NCBI GenBank assembly: GCA_044227665.1
Contig: JBGAWK010000001.1
Span: forward strand, 96,793 to 160,792
DNA: 64,000 bases
Origin: Chitinophagales bacterium
GTDB taxonomy: Bacteria; Bacteroidota; Bacteroidia; Chitinophagales; JADIYW01
Direction: 5' to 3'
The notes under the pieces are model-generated. The model was given only the letters and a program-made list of their open reading frames with translations. It was not told where the DNA came from and ran no database searches. Position numbers and translations under genes: made by a program. Below are positions 9,887-18,967 of the stretch, in pieces; within the stretch, counting starts at the first letter, position 1, and every line of letters begins with the position of its first letter.

Positions 9887-10576
9887 CTAAAATCTAGCTC
9901 CAATATAAGCAGCGATTTCCAGTATTTGCTCATATACAAAAAAATGTCCTCCGCTAAATACTTGTGTTTCTATGGGTGAAATGAAGGAATGTTGCCAAGG
10001 CAAGGTATCTTCTATAGCAATAGTATCCTCTTTGCCGATTAATATAGAAGCAGGCATAGGTAGTGGTGGAAAGTCGTAATTGGAAAACTTTTCCAAAGCC
10101 TGAAAATCGGCGCGAAGGATAGGCTCATATAGCTCCAATAATTCGGGGTGGGCAAGCATCTTTTCCGATACGCCTCCGTATTGCGCCACGCCATTCCAAA
10201 AGTCTGAAGTATTGAGGTGCGCAATGGCAATATGGCTGCGATAGCCCAATATGCTCTTGCGTGATGCTAAGAAAAGGTGTTGGGGTAGGGGGCATTTATC
10301 TTCAAATATGCGATGTGTCAGCAAGAATGCCTTCAGCGCTCCCATGCTCACCCCTACAAATGCATAATTATCAGTAAGCATAGGCTTTATTTGAGCATAC
10401 AAATCGTCAACCACCGAATCCATATCATATAATAAGGGCTCTGCATATCTATCACCTCTGCCCGGAATTTCTAAGGCTATAGCTTCATAATGCAATGACA
10501 ATTCCTGCTGTAATGCTCTATACGCATACTTGTCGCCACCGGCGTGATGCAATAAAAACATTTTTTTCATAGGCAT
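9887..10576 (-). CDS. Type II thioesterase-like alpha/beta hydrolase
   Basis: 229 aa. LLHHAGGDKYAYRAL...PGRGDR...FVGVSMGA...GGHFF follows the layout of stand-alone thioesterase-domain proteins. Its ATG directly abuts the hflX stop (TAGATG). Confidence 0.6.
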   Translation of the reverse strand: MPMKKMFLLHHAGGDKYAYRALQQELSLHYEAIALEIPGRGDRYAEPLLYDMDSVVDDLYAQIKPMLTDNYAFVGVSMGALKAFLLTHRIFEDKCPLPQHLFLASRKSILGYRSHIAIAHLNTSDFWNGVAQYGGVSEKMLAHPELLELYEPILRADFQALEKFSNYDFPPLPMPASILIGKEDTIAIEDTLPWQHSFISPIETQVFSGGHFFVYEQILEIAAYIGARF

Positions 10577-11755
10577 CTAAAAACCAGCTTTATAGGGGTA
10601 TCTTTTATAGTAGCTATCTTGTACCATCATCACCATAGTGGTGCGCAATTCTTCTAGGTTCTCTTTATGTGTTGCAGAGATAAATACGCAGTTACAGTTA
10701 TATGCTTTACGCATACTCTCCACAAAAGTATCTTCCAGCTCTTGCTTAATATCGCTAGGCAAGTGCTTGTCAAAGTGCAGCGTCCTATAATTGTCCATCT
10801 TATTGAATACCATAAGGATGGGAACATCTACAGCCCCTAACTCCGTAAGGGTATTATTTACCACATCTATTTGGTCTCTGAAATATTCGTGTGAGCTGTC
10901 TATCACATGTACAATAATATCTGACTCTACAACTTCATCGAGCGTGGACTTAAAACTTTCTACGAGGTGATGAGGAAGTTTCCGTATGAATCCTACCGTA
11001 TCCGACAGTAGGAATGGGACATTGTCTATAACCATTTTTCGCACCGTAGTATCAAGCGTGGCAAATAATTTATTTTCTGCTAATACGTCTGATTTGCTCA
11101 ACATATTCATGATTGTAGACTTACCCACGTTGGTATAGCCTACTAGTGCTACACGTATGAGCTCCCCGCGTGTTTTCCTTCTATTCGACTCCTGTCGGTC
11201 AAGCAGCAGCAGCTCTTTCTTCAGTTGGGCAATTTTATCCTTTATAACCCTACGGTCTGTTTCTATCTCTTTCTCTCCGGGACCTCTCATGCCTATACCC
11301 CCACGTTGCCTTTCGAGGTGTGTCCACATGCCTTTTAGTCGTGGCAATAGATACTGTAACTGTGCCAACTCTACTTGGGTTTTGGCTTGTGCCGTCTGGG
11401 CACGCATCGCAAAGATGTCCAATATCAGGGTAGTTCTGTCTAATATCTTACACTTTAGCACTTCTTCCAGATTGCGTTGCTGTGCCGGAGAAAGTTCGTC
11501 GTCAATAATTACACAGCTTATATCTTGGTCTATACAATATAGGGATATTTCCTGAAGCTTACCACTACCTATGTAGGTACGCGAGTCGGGGTGGGGAAGG
11601 CGTTGTGTAAATCGCTTATAGGTAATAGCACCGGCGGTAAGTGCCAAAAATTCTAGCTCGTCTAGGTGTTCATTGATTTGTATAGAATGTATATTGTCAG
11701 TTACTACAGCCACGAGTACGGCTCTTTCCTCAAATTTTGGATTTATTTCTATCAT
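10577..11755 (-). CDS. hflX: GTPase HflX
   Basis: 392 aa. The HflX N-terminal domain carries the GSGKLQE motif, followed by the ERQRGGIGMRGPGEKEIETDRR linker and G1 GYTNVGKST. Confidence 0.95.
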   Translation of the reverse strand: MIEINPKFEERAVLVAVVTDNIHSIQINEHLDELEFLALTAGAITYKRFTQRLPHPDSRTYIGSGKLQEISLYCIDQDISCVIIDDELSPAQQRNLEEVLKCKILDRTTLILDIFAMRAQTAQAKTQVELAQLQYLLPRLKGMWTHLERQRGGIGMRGPGEKEIETDRRVIKDKIAQLKKELLLLDRQESNRRKTRGELIRVALVGYTNVGKSTIMNMLSKSDVLAENKLFATLDTTVRKMVIDNVPFLLSDTVGFIRKLPHHLVESFKSTLDEVVESDIIVHVIDSSHEYFRDQIDVVNNTLTELGAVDVPILMVFNKMDNYRTLHFDKHLPSDIKQELEDTFVESMRKAYNCNCVFISATHKENLEELRTTMVMMVQDSYYKRYPYKAGF

Positions 11756-11763
11756 CTACAATG

Positions 11764-11771
11764 CAAAGATA
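11764..11771 (-). promoter_or_regulatory. -7 promoter box (TAtcTTTG on the minus strand) upstream of hflX
   Basis: The plus strand reads caaagata, 9 nt from the ATG at 11755. Confidence 0.3.
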
Positions 11772-11781
11772 GCGTCTATGC

Positions 11782-12075
11782 CTAATCTTCAAAGGACTTA
11801 CAATACTTCCTGAGTAGTTTAAAATTTTTTGACAGCGATTTTTTACGCAAGGTGTAGCCTAGAACACCCTCCTCTTGATACTTGATGAAGCCGGCTTCCT
11901 TTAGTTCTTTTAGATGTTGAGAAATTGTAGATTGAGCCAAAGGCAGCATCTCTACCAAGTCCTGTACTTTCACGATGTCATGTTTTTTTAGAATATTTAA
12001 TATTTCTAAACGTGCAGGATGAGAAAGAGCCTTGGTGATGGTTGTCAATTCCTCTTTGATGATTTCTGTACCCAT
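11782..12075 (-). CDS. ArsR/SmtB-family winged-helix transcriptional regulator
   Basis: 97 aa. ALSHPARLEILNIL...VQDLVEMLPLAQSTISQHLKELKEAGFI is the ArsR HTH signature. Confidence 0.85.
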   Translation of the reverse strand: MGTEIIKEELTTITKALSHPARLEILNILKKHDIVKVQDLVEMLPLAQSTISQHLKELKEAGFIKYQEEGVLGYTLRKKSLSKNFKLLRKYCKSFED

Positions 12076-12161
12076 GACTTTAAATATTTAAGTAAATGTA
12101 GAAATTCTAATTAGATATTGGAACGTTTAACAGGATAATATTGTTCATGGAATAAATTGTT

Positions 12162-13058
12162 ATGAGAAAACTTTTGTATCTTCTAGGAATAGTATTGACA
12201 ATTGCCATTGGATGCTGGCTTTACAGTAAATATTGTTGCAACTGCTGTAGTAATGAATGCGAAGAAAAAAAATCAGAACTAACTGATATGCAGAGACATG
12301 GATTTGCACTTAATTTTGACAATGAGTTGAATCTTAAAAGTGATTATAATATAGATTTCTTAAAAAATGGGTTCGATCACCTATCGCCAATTAATGCAGA
12401 GCTGGACGGACAATTAGTAGAACTTAAAAGTTATTTTGATAAAAATAGCGGAAAAAGAATTTTGAAAATTACAGGACTTTGCACTGCCGACGAGAAGAAC
12501 ACTTCGATGTTTCCAAATTTAGGCTTTGCTCGAGCCAATAATATCAAAAACTATCTAGTGTCCAAGGGTATGGCCGCACAAAGTATAGAGATAGATGGAA
12601 TAGTGAAAGATGCATTGTCTGCAAATGGGGATACTATTTTGGGCCCTGTAGATTTCTCTATTAGTAAAGTAGATGAAAGTACTCCCGTAGAAGATTATAA
12701 TGCCCTGAAACAAAAGATTAATGCCAACCCACTTACATTATATTTTGAAACGGGACAATCAGAAATTACTCTTTCAGAAGAGCAACGCAGCATCGTCGCC
12801 TCTATAGTAAGATATTTAGACAAAGTACCGAGTGCCAAAGCTGTAGCGGTAGGTCATACAGATAATGTTGGTGACAGACAAGCAAATATAAATCTTGGGA
12901 AACAAAGGGCGGATTTTGCAAAAGAAATATTGCAAAAAAATGGTATAAACAGCAGTCAATTACTTAGCGATTCAAAAGGCCCGGATCAGCCTATTGCGGA
13001 CAATGGCACAGCAGAAGGTAAGGCTAAAAACAGAAGAGTAACAGTTAATATTCAATAA
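12162..13058 (+). CDS. OmpA-family peptidoglycan-binding protein with an N-terminal TM and a Cys cluster
   Basis: 298 aa. C-terminal OmpA domain (GHTDNVGDRQANINLGKQRADFAKEIL...AKNRRVTVNI). The N-terminus has a TM followed by CCNCCSNEC. Confidence 0.8.
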   Translation: MRKLLYLLGIVLTIAIGCWLYSKYCCNCCSNECEEKKSELTDMQRHGFALNFDNELNLKSDYNIDFLKNGFDHLSPINAELDGQLVELKSYFDKNSGKRILKITGLCTADEKNTSMFPNLGFARANNIKNYLVSKGMAAQSIEIDGIVKDALSANGDTILGPVDFSISKVDESTPVEDYNALKQKINANPLTLYFETGQSEITLSEEQRSIVASIVRYLDKVPSAKAVAVGHTDNVGDRQANINLGKQRADFAKEILQKNGINSSQLLSDSKGPDQPIADNGTAEGKAKNRRVTVNIQ

Positions 13059-13075
13059 TTTTAAATATAAATATC

Positions 13076-13768
13076 ATGTGTATCACTTGTATTTTAATTC
13101 CACTACTTACGGGTTTGGTGGCAGCACTTTTGGGCTATCTATTAGGTAAAAAGTCCTGCAACGCTAATGCTAATGATATGGCATTAATCACACAGTTTGA
13201 AAACCTAAAGACAGAAAGAGACAGTCTTATTGGCAAAAATACTGACCTGAGCAACCGCCTTGCCACAATGGGTACTACGAGTTCTACTGAAGTGGAATTG
13301 AGAGCCAATATCAGTGCCTTGGAAACAGAACTTGACAAACTAAAGAAAGCACTTAGCGATTGTGAAAATAATGCGCACAAAACCGAGGGGGATGACTGGA
13401 AAGCAAAATTTGATGCTCTTGCCAATGAATTTACTACCCATAGGGCAGGTGCAGACAATAAAATTGCTTCGCTTACCAGTGAAATTGATGCACTTCGTAT
13501 AGCTTCGGCACCCATAGAGCCTGATGACCTCAAAATTGTAGAAGGGATAGGTTCCAAAATCGAAGAGTTGCTCAACAACCACAAAATTTTTACATTCAAA
13601 CAATTATCAAATACTGCAATTGACGTATTGCGAGATATGCTTGATAGTGCAGGACCTAATTACAAAATTCATGACCCCGGCACATGGCCACGTCAGGCAC
13701 AGTTGGCACATGAAGGCAAGTGGGATGAACTTAAAACTTGGCAGGATGAACTGCAAGGTGGCAAGTAA
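13076..13768 (+). CDS. Membrane-anchored coiled-coil protein with a C-terminal helix-hairpin-helix-like module
   Basis: 230 aa. An N-terminal TM (MCITCILIPLLTGLVAALLGYLLG) is followed by heptad-rich Q/E/K/L sequence, then IVEGIGSKIEELL...WPRQAQLAHEGKWDELKTWQDEL. Confidence 0.55.
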   Translation: MCITCILIPLLTGLVAALLGYLLGKKSCNANANDMALITQFENLKTERDSLIGKNTDLSNRLATMGTTSSTEVELRANISALETELDKLKKALSDCENNAHKTEGDDWKAKFDALANEFTTHRAGADNKIASLTSEIDALRIASAPIEPDDLKIVEGIGSKIEELLNNHKIFTFKQLSNTAIDVLRDMLDSAGPNYKIHDPGTWPRQAQLAHEGKWDELKTWQDELQGGK

Positions 13769-13867
13769 CGAATCATAACAGTATAGCCCCCACTTTTATA
13801 TTCCTATATTTATAGGTATTGTGTTGTGTTTTTCCAAAAATCATTTTATCCCAAAATGATAAATGGC

Positions 13868-13875
13868 TACATTTG
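13868..13875 (+). promoter_or_regulatory. -7 promoter box TAcaTTTG
   Basis: tacatttg lies 7 nt upstream of the ATG at 13882. Confidence 0.3.
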
Positions 13876-13881
13876 TAGTTT

Positions 13882-15504
13882 ATGCAGAAAAACCGACATC
13901 CGCTTACTATGCTCTATGGTGTAGTATTACTCTTGGTACTAGGTGCGGTACTTACACATAACCTAGAGTCATATATGGACATCCTTTTTTGGGATGAAAG
14001 TAATTACATGGTGGGTGGCTTGCGACTATGGAAGCGCTTCAATAGAGCTTGGGGTCCCTCCTATACCGTGTGGTATAAGATGCTGTCCTATATTCAGCCG
14101 GATAGTCTCTTGCTATATTATATAAATTATAAACTTACTTCTGTACTCACGCCTATTCTGTCATTCTTGTTTATGATAGGCATAGGGGTTTCCGTAGAAA
14201 TATCTTTCCTGCTGAGTTGTGGTTTTTTGTTTTCATCTTTTAATATGCCGGTATGGCCGCATGTGTCACATTTTTGCTTAATCGTATTTTTTACTGCGGG
14301 AATTATAAACTCATTTATTAAAGATGGAGCAGTCAAGTGGGCAATATGGGTGGTTACATTCTATATTTTGGCAAATACGCGTCCAGAATATTACTTGTCT
14401 TTCTTTATCTTCTTTGTGCTGTGGCTCAGCTATATTTTGTATAATAAGACCTTTAAAAAAATATATGTAGCAGCTATATTATTGTTCGTGGCAGCAGGAC
14501 ATTATGTAATAGGAATACCCTTATTACAAGGGAAAGTAGATAGAAGTGGCATGGCATTTACACAGCATCTTGCCAAGAATCACTATGACAAACTGGGGTC
14601 TTCCGACAAAAACTTTTGGCTGCATTGGCCAGATTATTATAAAGAAGTATTTGGCAACGACAGCTTGTCTTTTATGCAGGCCCTCTCTAGCAAGCCCAAA
14701 ATTGTTTTTGACCATATTTTGACCAATTTTTTACATTATTTTAAAGAAATGGCGGCACTGGGTTTGGATGTTTTTACACTTAGTGATAAGCTGCCGCTGG
14801 CATTTTCCATTTTGAAAATAATTGTAGTTCTTGTGTTGCTGTTTATAATCTATGGACGTACAAAATCTATAGACAAGACAAAGGCTTGGCAGATAAAGCA
14901 ACATAGCTTTTGGGCTTCAATTTTATTGGTACTTCCCTTGCCCATATCTATATTGCTCATCTATCCTCGGGAGCATTATTTGATATTGCAGTTGCCGCTA
15001 ATCTTTTGTGTCGTCTCGTTGTGGTTTACAGGGCGCACCACGCATAGCTATTTTATCACAGGAGTAGTGATGTTTGCAATATTTGGTTTTAGTCTTATGG
15101 CTTCGCCAAAAGCCAAAGATTTTACCTATTTCGATTTATATAGAAATAAGCCCCATGAAAAAAGGAATTACGATGCCGTACTATATATAAGACATCAAAA
15201 CATAAAGGATAGTATAAAAATGATAGACAATGAAGGCTATTTCAATAACTTTTTACACCCTTTCAAAGATAGAGGATGGGGTGGCTACGAAGCTAAAGAC
15301 GATTTCTCTGCTTTCATGAAGCAGAAGAAAATAAATCTGCTCTATGTAACGCCCACACTTATAGAAGACAAGTATCTGAGCAGAGATAGCAACTTTATAC
15401 ATTTTATTGCTAATCCAGAAGATTATGGCTTCTATAAGCAGACATTTGGCAACTACGATGCCTGTCTTATTATTGATAAAAAACTGGTAAGGCAATTGCG
15501 ATAA
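13882..15504 (+). CDS. Polytopic membrane protein of unknown function (possibly ArnT/PMT-like glycosyltransferase fold)
   Basis: 540 aa with roughly ten or more hydrophobic segments and a soluble C-terminal ~130 aa. No catalytic motif recognised with certainty. Confidence 0.5.
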   Translation: MQKNRHPLTMLYGVVLLLVLGAVLTHNLESYMDILFWDESNYMVGGLRLWKRFNRAWGPSYTVWYKMLSYIQPDSLLLYYINYKLTSVLTPILSFLFMIGIGVSVEISFLLSCGFLFSSFNMPVWPHVSHFCLIVFFTAGIINSFIKDGAVKWAIWVVTFYILANTRPEYYLSFFIFFVLWLSYILYNKTFKKIYVAAILLFVAAGHYVIGIPLLQGKVDRSGMAFTQHLAKNHYDKLGSSDKNFWLHWPDYYKEVFGNDSLSFMQALSSKPKIVFDHILTNFLHYFKEMAALGLDVFTLSDKLPLAFSILKIIVVLVLLFIIYGRTKSIDKTKAWQIKQHSFWASILLVLPLPISILLIYPREHYLILQLPLIFCVVSLWFTGRTTHSYFITGVVMFAIFGFSLMASPKAKDFTYFDLYRNKPHEKRNYDAVLYIRHQNIKDSIKMIDNEGYFNNFLHPFKDRGWGGYEAKDDFSAFMKQKKINLLYVTPTLIEDKYLSRDSNFIHFIANPEDYGFYKQTFGNYDACLIIDKKLVRQLR

Positions 15505-15507
15505 AAT

Positions 15508-15537
15508 AAAAAGGCGTTGGAACTCCAACGCCTTTTT
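15508..15537. terminator. Bidirectional rho-independent terminator between convergent genes
   Basis: aaaaaggcgttgg (15508-15520) / ccaacgccttttt (15525-15537) with a 4-nt loop. A-tract and T-tract flanks let it work on both strands. Confidence 0.85.
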
Positions 15538-15558
15538 ATACATTTTTGCTATCAATTA

Positions 15559-17961
15559 CTACTTACCTTTACAGCATTCTTTAGCCTCTGTTTTTGTGCA
15601 TTCGGCTTTGTCTTTATCACAATCACCTTTGTCCTTTTTACAACAGCTCTTATCCATGCCCTCGCATTTTTCCATCTTTTTGATACAAATCTGTTCTACA
15701 ATAGTATCCCCCTTTTCATTTACGTAAGTGGTATCTTTCATGCAAGAAGGATCGTTCATACAGTCCTTCATACATTCACCCATATCAGAAGTACACGCTT
15801 CTTTCTCACACATTTCTTTTTCGTGACACATATTGTTGCTGCCTGCTGAGGTGTCAGCCCAAGAGCCATTTCCTGCAATATATGGAGCGATAACTAATGA
15901 AACGATAGACATTAATTTTATCAAAATATTCATAGAGGGACCCGAAGTATCTTTGAATGGGTCGCCGACAGTATCGCCAGTTACTGCTGCTTTATGTGGC
16001 TCAGATTTTTTGTAATAGGTCTGACCATTTATCTCTACACCTTTCTCGAAAGATTTTTTTGCATTATCCCAAGCACCACCGGCATTGGACTGAAACATTC
16101 CCATCAATACGCCCGATACGGTAACGCCAGCGAGTAATCCGCCCAACACCTCTGGGCCAAAAATAAAGCCTATAACTATAGGCGTAATAAGAGCTATTGC
16201 TCCCGGTAACATCATCTCACGTATAGACGCCTGTGTAGAGATAGCCACACATTTCTCATACTCGGGTTTTGCTTGATATTCCATAATACCCGGAATCTCC
16301 CTGAATTGGCGTCTTACTTCATTTACCATGTCCATAGCCGCCCTACCTACTGCAGATATAGCCAAGGCAGAAAAGATAAAGGGAATCATACCGCCTATAA
16401 ATAATCCTGCCAGAACATTGGCTTTGTATATATCTATGGAAGATATGCCTGAGACCCCTACGAAGGCAGCAAATAATGCCAAAGAGGTAAGAGCAGCAGA
16501 GGCTATGGCAAAACCCTTACCAGTAGCAGCGGTAGTATTACCTACGGCATCCAATATATCAGTACGACCACGTACTTCTTCGGGAAGCTGGCTCATTTCT
16601 GCTATTCCACCTGCATTGTCAGCAATCGGACCGAAAGCATCAATAGCCAGCTGCATGGCTGTAGTTGCCATCATGCCTGCTGCGGCTATCGCTACGCCAT
16701 ATAGCCCTGCACAAAAATATGAGCCAAAAATACCGGCAGCCAACACCAAGATAGGCAATACCGTGCTTTCCATGCCTACTGCTAAACCACCAATAATATT
16801 GGTAGCATGACCAGTAGAGGATTGCTTTACGATAGACAGTACCGGACGCTTGCCCATTGCTGTATAGTATTCTGTAATGATAGACATCAATGCACCTACT
16901 ACGAGACCTACGGCAATAGCACCCAATACACCCCATTTGGTGAACTCATGGCCACGGAGACTCATGGTTTCTGGAAGTATATAATATACTAATCCTATAC
17001 ATGCCAAGCCTGTAAGTATTATAGAACCCCAGTTGCCTCTATTCAATGCCGACTGTACGTCTCCATTGTCATTATTTACGCTTACAAAAAATGTTCCTAT
17101 CCAAGAAAAAATTATTCCCGTACCTGCAATAGCCATAGGCAGTAATATGGGCGCAAGACCATTAAATCCATCTACGGAAATAGTTTCTTGCCCCAATACC
17201 ATCGTAGCCAATACCGTAGCCACATACGAGCCGAAAAGATCGGCACCCATACCCGCGACATCACCCACATTGTCACCCACATTATCAGCGATAGTAGCTG
17301 GATTTCTTACATCGTCTTCAGGGATGCCAGCCTCCACTTTTCCTACTAAGTCTGCACCCACATCGGCAGCCTTAGTATAAATACCGCCACCCACACGAGC
17401 GAATAACGCTATAGACTCTGCTCCCAATGAAAATCCTGTAAGTACTTCTATGGCTCTTTTTACATTTGAAGGGTCTATATCTCCTTGAAATATAGTATAA
17501 AAGACGATAAATAGACCACCTAGTCCCAGTACCGCAAGTCCTGCTACGCCCAGTCCCATCACAGAACCGCCGGTGAAAGAAACTTTTAGTGCTTGAGCCA
17601 AGCTGGTACGTGCTGCTTGTGTCGTACGCACGTTGGCAAGCGTGGCTACACGCATACCTATATATCCCGCAGTAGCGGAGAATACGGCACCTATAAGGAA
17701 GGCTATGGCAATAATCGGGGAGGACTCTTCTCCACCCTTCCATCCTAGAAAGGCCAAGAGTATAGCGGCAATGATACCGAAATACGTCAAAACTTTCCAC
17801 TCTGCCTTCAAGAAAGCTATCGCGCCATTGGCAATATATCCTGCCAATTCTTGCATATTTTCATTACCGGCATCTTGCTTGGATACCCACGCATACTTTA
17901 GCGCAGTAATGATTAGACCAAAAATACCCAAAAAAGGGATTACATAAAATAAATTATTCAT
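15559..17961 (-). CDS. hppA: Membrane-integral K+-dependent-type ion-translocating pyrophosphatase carrying an unusual C-terminal Cys/Met/Lys-rich extension
   Basis: 800 aa. Canonical mPPase motifs are present (GGIYTKAADVGADLVGK, DNVGDNVGD, GNTTAATGKGFAI, DTVGDPFKDTSGPS). Ala in GNTTAA marks the K+-dependent subfamily. The last 103 aa are not mPPase-like. Confidence 0.95.
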   Translation of the reverse strand: MNNLFYVIPFLGIFGLIITALKYAWVSKQDAGNENMQELAGYIANGAIAFLKAEWKVLTYFGIIAAILLAFLGWKGGEESSPIIAIAFLIGAVFSATAGYIGMRVATLANVRTTQAARTSLAQALKVSFTGGSVMGLGVAGLAVLGLGGLFIVFYTIFQGDIDPSNVKRAIEVLTGFSLGAESIALFARVGGGIYTKAADVGADLVGKVEAGIPEDDVRNPATIADNVGDNVGDVAGMGADLFGSYVATVLATMVLGQETISVDGFNGLAPILLPMAIAGTGIIFSWIGTFFVSVNNDNGDVQSALNRGNWGSIILTGLACIGLVYYILPETMSLRGHEFTKWGVLGAIAVGLVVGALMSIITEYYTAMGKRPVLSIVKQSSTGHATNIIGGLAVGMESTVLPILVLAAGIFGSYFCAGLYGVAIAAAGMMATTAMQLAIDAFGPIADNAGGIAEMSQLPEEVRGRTDILDAVGNTTAATGKGFAIASAALTSLALFAAFVGVSGISSIDIYKANVLAGLFIGGMIPFIFSALAISAVGRAAMDMVNEVRRQFREIPGIMEYQAKPEYEKCVAISTQASIREMMLPGAIALITPIVIGFIFGPEVLGGLLAGVTVSGVLMGMFQSNAGGAWDNAKKSFEKGVEINGQTYYKKSEPHKAAVTGDTVGDPFKDTSGPSMNILIKLMSIVSLVIAPYIAGNGSWADTSAGSNNMCHEKEMCEKEACTSDMGECMKDCMNDPSCMKDTTYVNEKGDTIVEQICIKKMEKCEGMDKSCCKKDKGDCDKDKAECTKTEAKECCKGK

Positions 17962-17989
17962 AAAGCAACTATTTTTTTAAAAAACGGTG

Positions 17990-17997
17990 CAAAGATA
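17990..17997 (-). promoter_or_regulatory. -7 promoter box (TAtcTTTG on the minus strand) upstream of hppA
   Basis: The plus strand reads caaagata, 29 nt upstream of the ATG at 17961. Confidence 0.4.
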
Positions 17998-18057
17998 ATA
18001 AGAATAACGCTATTTTTTTCAATTACTTTCAATTGTTATGTTTTTGATTATCAATAA

Positions 18058-18090
18058 TAAAAAAAGAGGCGAATCCCAAGGATTCGCCTC
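18058..18090 (-). terminator. Rho-independent terminator of the 18114-18923 gene
   Basis: An 11-bp perfect stem, gaggcgaatcc (18066-18076) / ggattcgcctc (18080-18090). On the minus strand it is followed by a T-run (plus-strand aaaaa 18061-18065). Confidence 0.8.
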
Positions 18091-18113
18091 ACAATATTAT
18101 ATGCAGATAAATG

Positions 18114-18923
18114 CTACTTAAATTGGAAATCAGTATCGCTTAATGTGACATTGATTTTTAGACTCTTGAATTCATACAATTCATATACCCCTTTGTCATC
18201 TTCCATTTTTTGATAGATAGGCAGATAGTTTGCTTTGTCAATATAAAGCGTAGTTTTTTTGGCGTATGCATTAGGTATTTTGATTTTCTGACCTACGGTA
18301 AGGGTATTTCCACAGCCGTTGAGTTCTTTTACCTTATATTCGGGGATGGCTCTAGATTCGCAAAATTTCCAAATATCTGTCTCTCCTGCTTTTACAGTAT
18401 ATTCTATAATTTTATAATCATCTTCAAGAAGCTCTACTTTATAGCAATCTTTGCCATCGTATGTAACGCTACCTAATAATTTGCAGAAATTATTCAGATT
18501 TTCACCCTTACGTTGCTCCATGCTCTTGAGAATTATTCTTCTAGTTTGTGCAAAACCCGCACGTGTAATAGGCTGGTGAGAATCTGCTATCAAAAGCTTG
18601 TTGGTAGGACTGAGGTTGAGCTTGAAGCCTTTTTTTACAGATACATCGGCAGATTTGGTAGGGATGTAAATTAATTGTGCAGCCTGTGGCTCACGCACAT
18701 CGGCATATACTTTTAAGGGACTCACCTGTAGTTTGAAGCTAATGTCACTTTTTTTAATTTTTCCACCATCAAAGCGCTCTTGAGCGTAGAAGGTGAAAGT
18801 TGCAGACTTTAAAGCAACTATGGCATCCATGCTTTTTTGCATGACTTCTACACCCGTAATTGCCAAAGATTGTACAATGCTCGTGCCTATCAAAGCAGCG
18901 GAAAAGAAAAACTTTTTCATCAT
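18114..18923 (-). CDS. Secreted hypothetical protein with an embedded LysM-like segment (possibly DUF1571/LolA-like)
   Basis: 269 aa with signal peptide MMKKFFFSAALIGTSIVQSLA. YTVKAGETDIWKFCESRAIPEYKVKELNG...LTVGQKIKIP resembles a LysM motif. Confidence 0.4.
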   Translation of the reverse strand: MMKKFFFSAALIGTSIVQSLAITGVEVMQKSMDAIVALKSATFTFYAQERFDGGKIKKSDISFKLQVSPLKVYADVREPQAAQLIYIPTKSADVSVKKGFKLNLSPTNKLLIADSHQPITRAGFAQTRRIILKSMEQRKGENLNNFCKLLGSVTYDGKDCYKVELLEDDYKIIEYTVKAGETDIWKFCESRAIPEYKVKELNGCGNTLTVGQKIKIPNAYAKKTTLYIDKANYLPIYQKMEDDKGVYELYEFKSLKINVTLSDTDFQFK

Positions 18924-18967
18924 AAATTATATTTTTATTAGATTCTGTAAATATTGTGCCAAAAATA

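Noticed and set aside
15517-15849. 110-aa hydrophobic plus-strand ORF overlapping the hppA tail
   Set aside because: It is the mirror image of the K/E/C/D-rich tail codons (AAA, GAA and TGT read as TTT, TTC and ACA). It begins inside the bidirectional terminator and has no promoter or independent support.
16328-17947. Several 98-160-aa ORFs on both strands inside hppA (16328-16810, 16640-16936, 17033-17380, 17372-17800, 17633-17947)
   Set aside because: They lie wholly within a highly conserved, motif-rich mPPase coding frame. Their Ala/Pro/Ser/Arg-rich composition is typical of off-frame translation of a Gly/Ala/Val-rich membrane protein gene.
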